From NCBI RefSeq assembly GCF_006345805.1, contig NC_043004.1:102610001-102674000 (forward strand): a DNA stretch of 64,000 nt, given 5' to 3'. The stretch is from Octopus sinensis. Taxonomy: Eukaryota. The translations under genes were made by a program, and so were the position numbers. The notes under the pieces were generated by a model. It ran no database searches, was not told the DNA's origin, and worked only from the letters and a program-made list of their open reading frames with translations. Positions 37,420-48,460 of the stretch are shown here, piece after piece (position 1 is the stretch's first letter; each line of letters begins with the position of its first letter).

Positions 37420-37812
37420 TTCTTTACTCCTTACTCTTTTACTTGTTTCAATCATGTGACTGTGGCCATGCTGGAGCACCGCCTTTACTCAAGCAAATTG
37501 ACCCCAGGACCTATTCATTGCAAGCCCAGTACCTACTCCATCGGTCACCTTTGCTGAACTAAGTTACGGGGATGTAAACACACTAGCATCAGTTGTCAAG
37601 CAATGGGAGGGGGGCAAACACAAACACACACACATATATACATATATACGACAGGCTTCTTTTAGTTTCCGTCTACCAAATACACTCATAAGGCTTTGGT
37701 CAGCCCGAGGCTATAGTAGAAGACACTTGCCTAAGGTGCCATGCAGTGGGACTGAACCCAGAACCATGTGGTTCATAAGCAAGCTACTTACCACACAGCC
37801 ACTCATATGCCT
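37420..37812 (-). mobile_element. SINE family A
   Basis: Reverse complement of the family A consensus. Confidence 0.88.
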
Positions 37813-37989
37813 ATAGTTTTTAAAAAAAACAATTTTTTATCTTCTGCTGTAAAATAGTTTGAGCCAAGCACATCTAATGCTAAACCTTCCGTCTCCAAGT
37901 TAAAGTCTAGCTAAAAAGGATTTTCTTACTGGAGAAAGAACCAATGCTCATGGCCTTTGCAGGTTCAACCAGACCAGGGAAGCTGATGT

Positions 37990-38130
37990 TATTAATATTC
38001 CTCTTGAACCATCATAAGTCAACACCTTTTGGAAAGATATGAGCTGACAGGGAATTCCAGAGGGTGTTGGTCTCAAAAGATGGACTGGATATAGAGTTTA
38101 ATGGAGGTGGGGAGTTGAAGACACAACAAT
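37990..38130 (-). mobile_element. Highly decayed LINE ORF2 C-terminus (Jockey/L2-like)
   Basis: Minus frame SFETNTLWNSLSAHIFPKGVDL resembles the SF.P.T..LWNSLP...FP..Y.L terminal motif. Confidence 0.4.
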
Positions 38131-39084
38131 GAGAGGTGAATGAGATGGAAATGTCTGAGTGAAGATGGTTTAAGTTGTTGTTGTCAATAGTTACTGATGT
38201 GGCTGCAACCATTCAATACACCAAACTATATATATATGAATAACGATTTTACATTCAGGTAGACACCTTGTAGTGTGCTGTTTAAAGCCTGTTCACAGTA
38301 TTAGGTTACCTGATGTCATCAACAATGTGGAGGTATATTCCATTGGATTTACTTCAGGAATATAGAGGCACAGCAGACCACAACAGCTAATGGTAGAGGC
38401 AGAGGTGATGGTGATGATGGTGGTGGTGGTAGCTGAGGCAGTCAAGATGACATTGATAGTAAGTGATGTGAAAGACAGTGGTGATGGTGGTGGAGGGGAA
38501 GGTGACCAAGTCAAAGGTATTGATGGTGGTGGCATCAGAAGTCTGAATGGTATGTGTATAGCAGTTATGGTTGCAATGGTGGTGGTTGAAAACAATGAAC
38601 AGAAATGGATTGTTATACAAATAAACGAAATGGCTGATAAAAAAAAAACAAGCTACCTTTTAACAAGTCACCTGAGGAGACACACCTGTGCCTACAATGT
38701 ACAGTTGTTTATACAGCATCTCACCTGTAAGGCACCAATGCACAATGGGTCAAAATGATCATAAGGAATAGAGTCTCGTGAATTTCATTTTCTTTCTCTC
38801 ATAATTACATATATAGTCTTACTCCAAAATACTTTCCATAAGTCTACACAAATATTTTGAATATATTATATCCAGAATACGAGAGAACTGGTGAGGATCT
38901 GCATCAAGAAAAATCAGTCTAAAAGAGAATTTATCAACTGATAAGTTTGATTGTTTTGATAAGAAAAATTCAGATATTTTGGAATCCTATTCTTTAATGG
39001 AGAATAGAAAAGGATAAAAGTGTTTCTTCTTTCACTGCTGCTAGTGAGACTAACAACATTTTCTTTTTTCCAATGGAGTGCAAG

Positions 39085-39350
39085 TTGCTGAAGCATGGAA
39101 CAAACTGCCAGGATCAGTTGTTAGTTGTCGGAGCACTGCATCCTTCAAAACTTCCATGCTTCCTGAGATTCGCCAACACTACACCTGATTTTCTCCCCTC
39201 CATACACACGCAAGCATGTATCTGACTCATACATTGTTCGCTTTCAAGACATTTGCACATTACTGCATGTACTTTATATGCACTTTCTGACAAGTTGTGG
39301 TGCACCTGAGCACTGTATACAATAATTTCGTTATTATTTTTATTATTATT
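39085..39350 (+). mobile_element. CR1-group LINE 3' end
   Basis: VAEAWNKLPGSVVSCRSTASFKTSMLPEIRQHYT* plus the shared 3'UTR. Confidence 0.88.
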
Positions 39351-40457
39351 AGATATTCTATACCCCTGCACTCAATCTATATCAAGCTTTCCCTATAACT
39401 TATCTGTGTAACATCCATCTCTCCTTTATCCTGCTAACTATGGTGATATTTCATCATTTTTCATCCCTCATCAGTGGACCCTATCTTCCATTCCCATGAA
39501 ACTAAATTAACCAACATACAGCAACTTCTCTTACGTAAATATATATTTATTACATATGATGTTTGGTGTAAATCAAAACATTTGTAAAATAAATATAAAT
39601 ATAGCAAATTGTAGAATGGGGTGGGGGATGATAAAAATATTTTTTTAAATATAAAGAGATTTGGGGTTATATCTTTCCATAAAAATTGTAAAATATCAGA
39701 TGACAAGTTTTGAGATGTTTCACAGATCAGGTTCTGATAATGACACGTTGAATAATATGTGATATTGTCCTTAAGAGATCCGATCTTAATAATTGTTTCT
39801 GATTCAAGCACAAGGTCTGCAACCTTTAGGGATGAATGTTATTCTATTATATCAACCTGCAAAATGACAGAGTTGGCCTCTGTGGGATTTGAACTCAAAA
39901 CACAATAGAGTCAGAACAAATACTACAAGGCATTTTGTCCATTGCTCTGAGGATTCTGTCAATCCAACAACATAGCTGGCGATGATAAAGGCATGGTGTG
40001 TGGTATCTGGTCTTTGGCACAAGATCAGTTCCTGATAATGACATGTTGAACAGTGTAAAGTCTTTAACACGGACGTGAGGTCCAGTTCAGATAATCCTTT
40101 CTTTTATAGGCACAAGGCCTGAAATTTGGTCAGGAGCGGGGCTAGTTGATTACATTGATCTAAATGCTTAATTCGTACTTACGTCATCAGCCTTGAAAGG
40201 ATGAATGGTGAAGTTAATCTCGGTGGCATTTGAACTCAGAATGTAAAGACATATGAAATGCTACTGAGTATTTCATCCAGCTTGCAAACAATTCTGCCAG
40301 TCCACCACCTTAGCATGAGGCTGATGCTCCAACAATTTGGCCATTTCACTTAATCAGCTCCAGTCTAGATAATAGTAGATCACTGGAATTGTCTCTGGGC
40401 CTGGGATATTTATAGCTCCATAAAAAAAATTAGGAACTCATTGGAAGCACTGCTTTT

Positions 40458-40695
40458 CATCATCATCATTGTTTAACGTCCGCTTTCCATCCTAGCATGG
40501 GTTGGACGGTTCAACTGGGGTCTGGGAAGTCCGAAGGCTGCATCAGGCCCAGTCAGATCTGGCAGTGTTTCTACGGCTGGATGCCCTTCCTCACGCCAAC
40601 CTCTCCGTGAGTGTAGTGGGTGCTTTTTATGTGCCGCCAACACAGATGCCAGACGAGGTTGGCGAACGGCCACGCTCGGATGGTGTTTTTAACTG
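40458..40695 (-). mobile_element. SINE-like family B
   Basis: catcatcattgtttaacgtccg tail and family body. Confidence 0.85.
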
Positions 40696-41811
40696 TTCGA
40701 ATAATGTCAGATGGTGCTTTTAACTGTTCAAATAATGTTTAACTGTTCAAATAATGTCCGTGTGTTGATGTGATGGTAAAAAACAAAAATATTAGTTTCA
40801 GGTGATCATTACCATAGGTTGACAGCACAGGGTTCAACTTTGAGATGCTTTGAGACTTTTATTTATGACTTCTGGCAAACACACATGTTGGCAGTTTCCC
40901 AATGATGTCTTTCATACCAATATTCCCAATAGAAGTATGTTATGGCCAAAAACATCAAAACACCCACAACTGCAACAGAAGCAATTGTGTTGTAGGAGAT
41001 AAGCAAGTCTGTCTTCTCTGCCTGATATTCATTAGACATCTCTGGAAGAAAATTAAATTAAAATTTATGAGAAAACAGGTCAGTAATTTGGCATTTTAAT
41101 CTGACATAAAAGTAACAGAATTCATAAATATTGCATTAATTATCTGAGATTAATTGCAAATCAATTATTTACATTTTTAGAAATTTAATTTTACGGTTTC
41201 AATTGGTTTGATATCCTATGTGTGGATATGGTATCAGACTGAACCCAAACTCGGTGCTTTTGTATGTAAATGAAGAATTATTATAATCATACAATATTAA
41301 TTGCTAAATACTTAAAGAATATTCACTCACAATTTTTGTATTGAATTTCTGCTGAAATAAAAGACTTAGTCAAATCAGACTTTAGCAGACAAATGAAAAT
41401 CATAGCATGTAAACAGGTGGATTTCCCAGCTAATTTCAATTAACTGCAAAATATCAGAAAGTTTAACTGCACTTACTTCCAGCATCTTGATCCAGTGAGG
41501 TAACCATTGTCACTCAACCTGCTAGAAATAGCAACCAAATCAACTTCAAATGACCTTTTGACAAGAACCTGTTTGAAACTACTTCAAGTTTAATAATCTT
41601 TTCTACTATAGGCACAAGGCCTGAAATTTTGATGGAGAGGTTAAGTCAATTACATCGACCCCAGTACTCAACTGGTACTTAATTTATCAACCCTGAAAGG
41701 CAAAGTCAACCTTGGTAGAATTTGAACTCAGAATATAAAGACAGACATGATGCTGCTAAGCAATTTGTCCACCATGCTAACAATTCTGTCAGCTCATCAC
41801 CTTGCACTTTG

Positions 41812-42112
41812 AGTTTGTTCCTTCTCAAGCCATGCCTGGCTCATAGGGCTGGTTTCTCGGTTTCCTTGGCGTATAGGTTCCCCACCTGGACAGGACACCG
41901 GTCCGTCGCAGGTGAGCTGCAAGGTGCAGGAAGAAAGAGTGAGAGAAAGTTGTGGCGAAAGAGTCAGCAGAAGTTCACCATTACCTTCTGCCAGAGCCAC
42001 ATGGAGCTTAGGTGTTTCACTTATAAACACACACATTGCCCGGTCTGAGATTTGAACCCGCAATCCCTCGACCGCGAGTCCGCTGCTCTAACCACTAGGC
42101 CATGTGCCTCCA
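41812..42112 (-). mobile_element. SINE family C
   Basis: Reverse complement of 14466-14770; abuts a minus family E copy (41595-41800). Confidence 0.88.
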
Positions 42113-43409
42113 CACCCTTGAGTTTAATAATACAATATTTTCAATTTTAAAACATTATGATGTTTAATGGTAGCACACAGTGGGAGTGTTTCATTAGAGT
42201 GAAATGTAGTTACAAAAGATTTAAAAGAGAAAGGACACAGTAAGCAAGATTATCCCAAATAAACAGTGAGATAAGAGAGTGACAGCTGGGAGGCCATGCA
42301 TCAAAGGACTTTTAATGAAGGATGACCAGGTACTAAACAACAACAAACACGAATCATTGTTACATATTGATACAGAGCAGTGGATTGGCAGAATTGTTAG
42401 CGCAGCAAACAAAATGCAGTATTTAGTATTTAGTCATCAATCTCTATACTCTGAGTTCAAATCTCACCAGAGTTAACTTTACCTTTCATACCTCTGGGGT
42501 TGACAAAGTAGTGTATCAATTAAGTACAGGGGTTGATGTAAATAACTAACCATTTCCCCGAAAGTTGCTGCCCTTCTGCCTAAATGTGAAGCAATTATAA
42601 CTCACTGGTATCTCCAAAACTATTCTCATCTTGCTTCTTTAAGTGACCATGTTTTGGCCATTGTTCTCTCCAGTCTTATTCAGATGTTTGTTGTATTCAG
42701 CAGAGCTTTTGTTATTTTAAACTGCAGACTTTGTTAAATCAACGCAGCTAGATTGTTCTCATTATGCTGTCCATACCAGAGATATTCTCTGATTAGATGT
42801 CCAAAACAAGGACATTTTCCCATCAGCTAAAACACTGTAACAATCAGTGTAAAGACATTAGTTTGAATACATCAGTATACCATCACCATCATCATCACCA
42901 TCGTTGTTTTAATGTCTGGCTTGAATGGTTTGGATGAAGTTCACATGGCCAGATGCACTTTCTCTCATCAACCCTCACCTGTTTCCAAGCCAGGCTATAA
43001 TTCTCCATTGGCCCGACATGCTTTCACAGAATATTGGAAATGGATGACTCCACATGTATTAAGAGCAGTACATATTTACAACTATCACACAATCTGAAGA
43101 CAAGGACATATATACACACACATATATACATATCACTTTTTAAAGTTATTTCCACAGATATTCTATAGGAACTTAAAGCCAGCACTGAAAGTCATGACAT
43201 TTCGTATATGAATACGTCTTTGTAAACAATGGTAGAAAACCAGGACTATAGCAGAAAACACTTGCCCAAGATGTCGTGCTATGTGGCAGGGAAGCAAACT
43301 TCTTAACCACAGAGCCATGATGGCACCTATGGGTAAATAACAATATTTTTCCATCTTAGAAATTCATATAAAATAACCGCCATCAATATTTTTTAGAGTA
43401 AGGCAGAAA

Positions 43410-43615
43410 AGGCAGTGAGCTGGCAGAAACGTTAGCACACCAGGCGAAATGCTTAGCAGTATTTCGTCTGTCTTTACGTTCTGAGTTCAAATTCTGCCAA
43501 GGTCGACTTTGCCTTTCATCCTTTCAGGGTCGATAAATTAAGTACCAGTTGCGTACTGGGGTCGATCTAATCAACTAGTCCCCTCCCACAAAATTCCAGG
43601 CCGTAGAAGAGAATA
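43410..43615 (+). mobile_element. SINE family E
   Basis: ggcagtgagctggcagaaacgttagc head through the ggtcgactttgcctttcatcc core. Confidence 0.88.
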
Positions 43616-43674
43616 TTTTTTAGAGTATTTCCATACTTATGACTGAAATTTCAGAAGTATGAAATACATATTCT

Positions 43675-43886
43675 TTTCTACTCTAGGCACAAGGCCTGAA
43701 ATTTTGGAGGAGGGAACCAGTCGATTTGATCAACCCCAGTAAACAACTGGTACTTCATTTATCAACCCTGAGAGGATGAAAGGCAAAGTCGACCTTAGTA
43801 GAATTTGAACTCAGAATGTAAAGACAGACGAAATACCATTAAACATTTTGCCAAGCATGCTAACGTTTCTGCCAGCTTGCCGCTTT
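43675..43886 (-). mobile_element. SINE family E (inverted relative to 43410-43615)
   Basis: Reverse complement of the preceding copy. Confidence 0.88.
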
Positions 43887-44534
43887 ATGAAATACATAAT
43901 ATTGAATGATGTCAACTCAGATAGTAAACCCACAAAGGTGTACACCAGTTACTAACTGCAAAGAAAATAGTTTACTTAAAATTTTAGTTGAAGAAATAGC
44001 AGTAATGTACTGAAATGCAGTATGAAAAATAAATTTTATTAATTGAAAATACCAAATTCTTAGGAGAAAAAAGTTAAAAACCTTGTGGTATTTATTAGTA
44101 AAGAGGAAATAATTTCAGGAAATTAATTTTGCAAAGTTATTTTACATATTTAGATGTAGCACAACCTGGTCTTAATTTATAGGCAAGCGACAACAGTACA
44201 CTTTGGTTTTCTCACCCCCATTAAAAAAATTGAGTTATTTCTCCCAATTAAAAAAATTGCTTAACTCTCAATAAAACAAAAAAAGGAAAAATAAATAAAC
44301 ATGAAAATCGAAAAGATTAAACGTCTTATTGAATCTAAAAATATTTTTAAAACAAATCATACCATGCCAATTGAGGAGGCCAAAAGTCAACAATGTGTTG
44401 AAATATTGAATCAAAAGGATCTAACATTTTTAATTTAATCTCTTGTCGCCACATAAACTCAATATTTTAGTGGGGAGATGACCCAATTTTTGAATGGAAA
44501 ACTTTTAATGGGTCTGAGATCACCAAAAAGTACC

Positions 44535-44590
44535 AGGACAACTCTAGACATGTTTCAGTCTGTTAGACCGCATCAGCATAATACAATCTA
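44535..44590 (-). ncRNA. Degenerate minimal type-I hammerhead ribozyme motif (Penelope-like element relic)
   Basis: Minus strand reads ...tattatg CTGATGC GGTCT aac AGACT GAAA C AT G TC tagag...: core CUGAUG, stem II, GAAAC with palindromic ACAUGU stem III, then GUC. A9 is replaced by C and stem I is only partly paired. ATTAAA lies ~40 nt downstream. Confidence 0.5.
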
Positions 44591-45782
44591 ACTGAACCTA
44601 TCAATCCGTGAGCTAATTTTAACATCGATAATTTTTCAATCACTATATTAGTATTGGCAGACCAACATCGCAACTCGACGATTTTCATCTTCTGATATTG
44701 TTTTGTTTTTTAACACTGTACGTCTTCAAGAGATATCTCAAGACGAATATCACAGTTAATTAAGCTTTCAACCATGTATCGACTCTAAGTATGATACACA
44801 GATTTTTATATATACAAACAAGAGTTACGGAATTTTATTGGTCAGTATAACTTGTATAATTAGAAATGGAATGAACTAAGGGAAATAATTCAAATAAGTC
44901 AATGGCATGACTTTGGATAATTAATTTCAAGGGAGTTCGAAGCAAACCAAAATTTCGTAATTGTTAATAAGGCTCAAGAAGTAGAAGGGGAGATAATTTC
45001 AAGTAAATACGAACCAAGATTACATCTAAGTTTACAGCAATGACTGTCTTATAGACAACAGCTGAGAATCTCATTTAAAGAGGTTATCTGATATACTGGC
45101 TATCGTGTCCCTCGAAAATATATACAGAGGACGATTTGGAGAACTGTAAAAAAGAAAATCTAAAATGTAATTATTGATACCAGGAAAATAGAGAGATCCG
45201 TTCAAAAACTGTGTAGCAGCCTCCACGCAACCCCAGTACAACCAGCAATAAGCCCAGATTTTGTTCTGGGAGGCGTGAAGTGAAATCACAAGGGATGCAT
45301 GTTCCAGAGCCCTTATGCGGGCTCATTAATGATTGGGAAGGAAAGTCTAATGATAGTTCCTTCTGATAGGATTCTATACAGGTGTCTGGTGACGCTATCT
45401 TCACGACTATTCCAGGAATAGAGAGCGAAGAAGCCGGATGGATGGATGAATGAATGAATTAAAAAGTTGATTGAGCTTTTAAAAAGAGAAATAAGTTGTA
45501 AGGATTTTGCTTTTTTTAAAATAAATTGCCAATGTAAAATATCTAAGCTTTAATTGCGAATTGAAACTTAGGTATTAGGAGAACGTCGGCAAAAATATCA
45601 ATTTAAAAGAGCTAATGAAAAATTGCCGCTGTGGCGGAATGTCCAATAACCACAATTTTTTTTTTTTTTGTTCCGTTGCAGTAGTTGCATATCTCTAGTA
45701 ATTCTCTAGAAACACACCTGAGTTCGATCATGCAACACACCAAACAATACCTGTTGATTTAAATACTATCTGAAAGTAAAAA

Positions 45783-45869
45783 TCAGGAACGACTATGCCT
45801 TAAGAGACGACTAATTTGATTATGCTCTTCCTCTAAAGAAATTAGTGCCTGAGTTAAAATTAAGTTCTC
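45783..45869 (-). CDS. Candidate terminal exon of uncharacterised minus-strand gene (ENLILTQALISLEEEHNQISRLLRHSRS*)
   Basis: Acceptor aagtttacttttcag, phase 0, amphipathic/coiled-coil-like peptide ending in TGA. Confidence 0.55.
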   Translation of the reverse strand, partial: ENLILTQALISLEEEHNQISRLLRHSRS

Positions 45870-46242
45870 CTGAAAAGTAAACTTTTCATTGAAATAAATA
45901 AATAAATAATAATAATAATAATAAGCATCTATAAAATGTAATAGTTTGCAAAACATATATATACGTAGCTTAATGGTTAATGCATTGAGTTCATGTGGCT
46001 TCGATTTCTGGATTAGGAAGCAAATTGTAGTCTTGCAAGGCACTTTATTTCACGTTGTTCCGCTCTACTCACGCTTTCCCTCTCTCCCTTGAGGTGCTAT
46101 ATCTGGCAGCTAGATCAAGAATAGGAGAGCTGAAAGTGCCCATGTCTGTTGAATAACAATTAGGAAAAACCTAGCGTATGCTACTATATCACACTCGCGC
46201 TCAAGGGATAGCCATGGTTCTAACAGTGGTCCAAAGGAAAAA

Positions 46243-46280
46243 ATCACTTCTCAGCCTTTTGGCTAAAATCAAAGCGTAGT
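46243..46280 (+). pseudogene. 3'-truncated U2 snRNA retrocopy (nt 1 to ~37) with flanking direct repeats
   Basis: ATCACTTCTCAGCCTTTTGGCTAAAATCAAAGCGTAGT vs U2 5' end ATCGCTTCTCGGCCTTTTGGCTAAGATCAAGTGTAGT: 4 substitutions (2 at CpG) and 1 insertion. Flanks AGTGGTCCAAAGGAAAAAA (46225-46243) and AGTGGTCCAAGGGAAATAA (46278-46296). Confidence 0.85.
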
Positions 46281-46344
46281 GGTCCAAGGGAAATAACTCT
46301 CATCTCTTACTAATTGTTAAAATTCAATTTTTGTTTACTTTATT

Positions 46345-46559
46345 ATTCTTTTTTACTTGTTTCAGTCATTTGACTGCGGCCATGCTGGAGCACTACCTTT
46401 AGTCGAGCAAATCGACCCCGGGACTTATTCTTTGTAAGCCCAGTACTTATTCTATCGGTCTCTTTTGCCGAACCGCTAAGTGACGGGGACGTAAACAACA
46501 CCAGCATCAGTTGTCAAGCAATGCTAGGGGGACGAACACAGACACACAAAGACACACAG

Positions 46560-46616
<57 letters not shown>

Positions 46617-46757
46617 TACGACGGGCTTCTTTCAGTTTCCGTCTACCAAATCTACTATATAGCAGAAGACACTTGCCCAAGATTCCACGCAGTGGGACTG
46701 AACCCGGAACCATGTGGTTGTTTAGCAAGCTACTTACCACACAGCCACTCCTGCGCC
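46345..46757 (-). mobile_element. SINE family A, young copy
   Basis: Reverse complement of 18923-19347 with a short internal deletion. Confidence 0.9.
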
Positions 46758-47233
46758 TATATTTACCACTTTTATAGGAATCAATGAAGGAGTCAAAACA
46801 TCAAAAAAATCTCCCTCAAATCACACTCAACCATCTAAAAATGGAAGAACTTTCTAAATAATATTAGAGATACACTATGTCCGAAAACAAGACGGGACCT
46901 GCAAGGCGGAGAATTGCTTTCCTCAGTTTTATCAGATTAGGACCAACTCTGCGCGCTTTACCAAAGATCAGCTGTTTTGCTACTGAATGATTTCAAAATA
47001 ATATGAATTATAGAGAAAATGAAGGGTTTTTTTTTTTTGTCAGACTCAAAATTGTTTTCTGTCCTTCTAATCTTTATTCATGATCTGTATTTTAAAATAG
47101 AAGTTATTGAAACAATACTTTACACTATTTGAAAACATCCAGTAACCTGCAACATTTTATTCGGGGGTATTGTAGCCCTTATTAATTTCCAAACCAATCG
47201 GTCATGATATACCCCTTTATTTTTCTTCCCTCT

Positions 47234-47269
<36 letters not shown>

Positions 47270-47298
47270 CCTCTCTCTCTCTTCTTTCTCTCGCTCTT

Positions 47299-47366
<68 letters not shown>

Positions 47367-47368
<2 letters not shown>

Positions 47369-47450
47369 TTGCTGGGTCACGAAGAAGAAGCAGTGTCTCA
47401 AAATCGGAATCATTTCTCTTTTGCTGGCGCTGGTCTCGATCTCGGAGAGC
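47367..47450 (-). CDS. Candidate exon 2 of uncharacterised minus-strand gene (ALRDRDQRQQKRNDSDFETLLLLRDPAS)
   Basis: Strong acceptor cttatttcttttttgcag; 84 nt open frame of GC/CpG-rich unique sequence; donor GTATAT at 47366, phase 0. Confidence 0.6.
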
Positions 47451-47959
47451 CTGCAAAAAAGAAATAAGATTCCGATTCTGTGCGTTCTACGTTCAAATCC
47501 TGTCAGGGCCACTCAGACTTATTCCGTCGCCCGGTTTAACACCATTAGCTCTCACTTGATGCAAACGTTCTTGTTAAGTCTCTGGTTTGAGGTTACTGTC
47601 CTCTCTCTCCTTCCTTCAAATATCAGAGGCCCCTGAAAGGGGTCATGGTACTACCCTTCTTTCTTAATTATGAAACAAACAAACAAAAAACGGGGTGGAA
47701 ATCCTCATTCACGATATCATAAAAATGTAATGATATTCATAATTTACCCACGCGTGGAGCCATGCGATCTCGTTGCTAGGATACCGGGTTTATGGTCATA
47801 AGATCGTAGATTCGGTTCTTGGACTAACTTTATCTACATACTCCCATGCTGCATGACATGACACTAAGTTGTGCTCAAAAAAGGGAGATTACTTATTCAA
47901 TTGCCACGTTTACACACACAAATGGCTCTTCAAGCTAACACGGGAACCTCTACGCTTAC

Positions 47960-48058
47960 ATTTGACGTACGAGAAATAGTAACATTCCGTCCATCATCTT
48001 CTCCATCCAATATTTCTGGGAGGGTCATTGGGATAGAGTACTCAAGCATTTCCCCCAT
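47960..48058 (-). CDS. Candidate exon 1 of an uncharacterised minus-strand gene (MGEMLEYSIPMTLPEILDGEDDGRNVTISRTSN)
   Basis: Open frame from ATG 48058 (in-frame stop just upstream) to donor GTAAGC at 47959, phase 0. Alternatively an internal exon starting at acceptor ccctcccag|48015. Confidence 0.45.
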
Positions 48059-48087
48059 AGGATCCACTCAAATGTCTGCTGTCATTA

Positions 48088-48285
48088 TACACACACAAGC
48101 ATGTATCTGACTCATACATTGTTCGCTTTCCAGGCTTTTGTACATTACTGCATATACTTTATACGCACTTTCTGACAAGTTGTGGAGCACATGAGCACTG
48201 TATACAATAATTTCATTATCATCATCATCATCACCATCACCATCACCATCACCATCATCATCATCATCATCATCATCATTATATA
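48088..48285 (+). mobile_element. CR1-group LINE 3'UTR with (CAT)n tail
   Basis: caagcatgtatctgactcatacattgttcgctttcc..tgagcactgtatacaataatttcatt is shared with the copies at 39200 and 58060. Confidence 0.85.
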
Positions 48286-48313
48286 CTTTCCTGTTGGATT
48301 CAGAAGCAAGTCA

Positions 48314-48460
48314 TTAGCGTAACCTACTGAAACTAGGGATATTATCCAAACATATCATTTTTGATTTATTCCGAAGTCCTTCGGCGATTAGCTCCGCTTG
48401 AAGAATCCGTTTTGCCGTTCTCTTCTTTGATATTCTAACCACATGCGTGTAGTAGAAGGG
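48314..48460 (-). mobile_element. Decayed RTE-clade LINE ORF C-terminus
   Basis: YTHVVRISKKRTAKRILQAELIAEGLRNKSKMICLDNI resembles the RTE motif GHVxRM...R.AKRIL.G...GKR.RGRP...W.DNI. Confidence 0.6.

Larger units (their letters stand above)
36251..38605. repeat. Inverted repeat pair: 36251-36460 and 38395-38605 (~210 bp arms, ~1.9 kb spacer)
   Basis: tttctgtt..ttttcaaccaccaccattgcaaccataactg..cagacttctgatgccacc..cttactatcaatgtcatcttgactgcctcagctacc..ctctgcctct is found reverse-complemented at the second arm, roughly 90% identical by eye. Confidence 0.9.

Noticed and set aside
38830-38915. Minus-strand LIFLDADPHQFSRILD resembling a BTB/KCTD motif after an AG
   Set aside because: Short, AT-rich, runs to a stop with no donor and no partner exons; probably chance.
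39425-39480. Minus-strand CTGATGAG...GAAA hammerhead-like core
   Set aside because: No pairable stem II or stem I, and no NUH site in the right place.
44721-44745. Bulged palindrome CGTCTT(CAA)GAGATATCTCAAGACG
   Set aside because: Single short instance with no context; not distinguishable from chance.
45625-45645. GCCGCTGTGGCGGAATG resembling a tRNA-Leu 5' end
   Set aside because: Similarity stops after the D-arm start; no anticodon arm or T arm follows.
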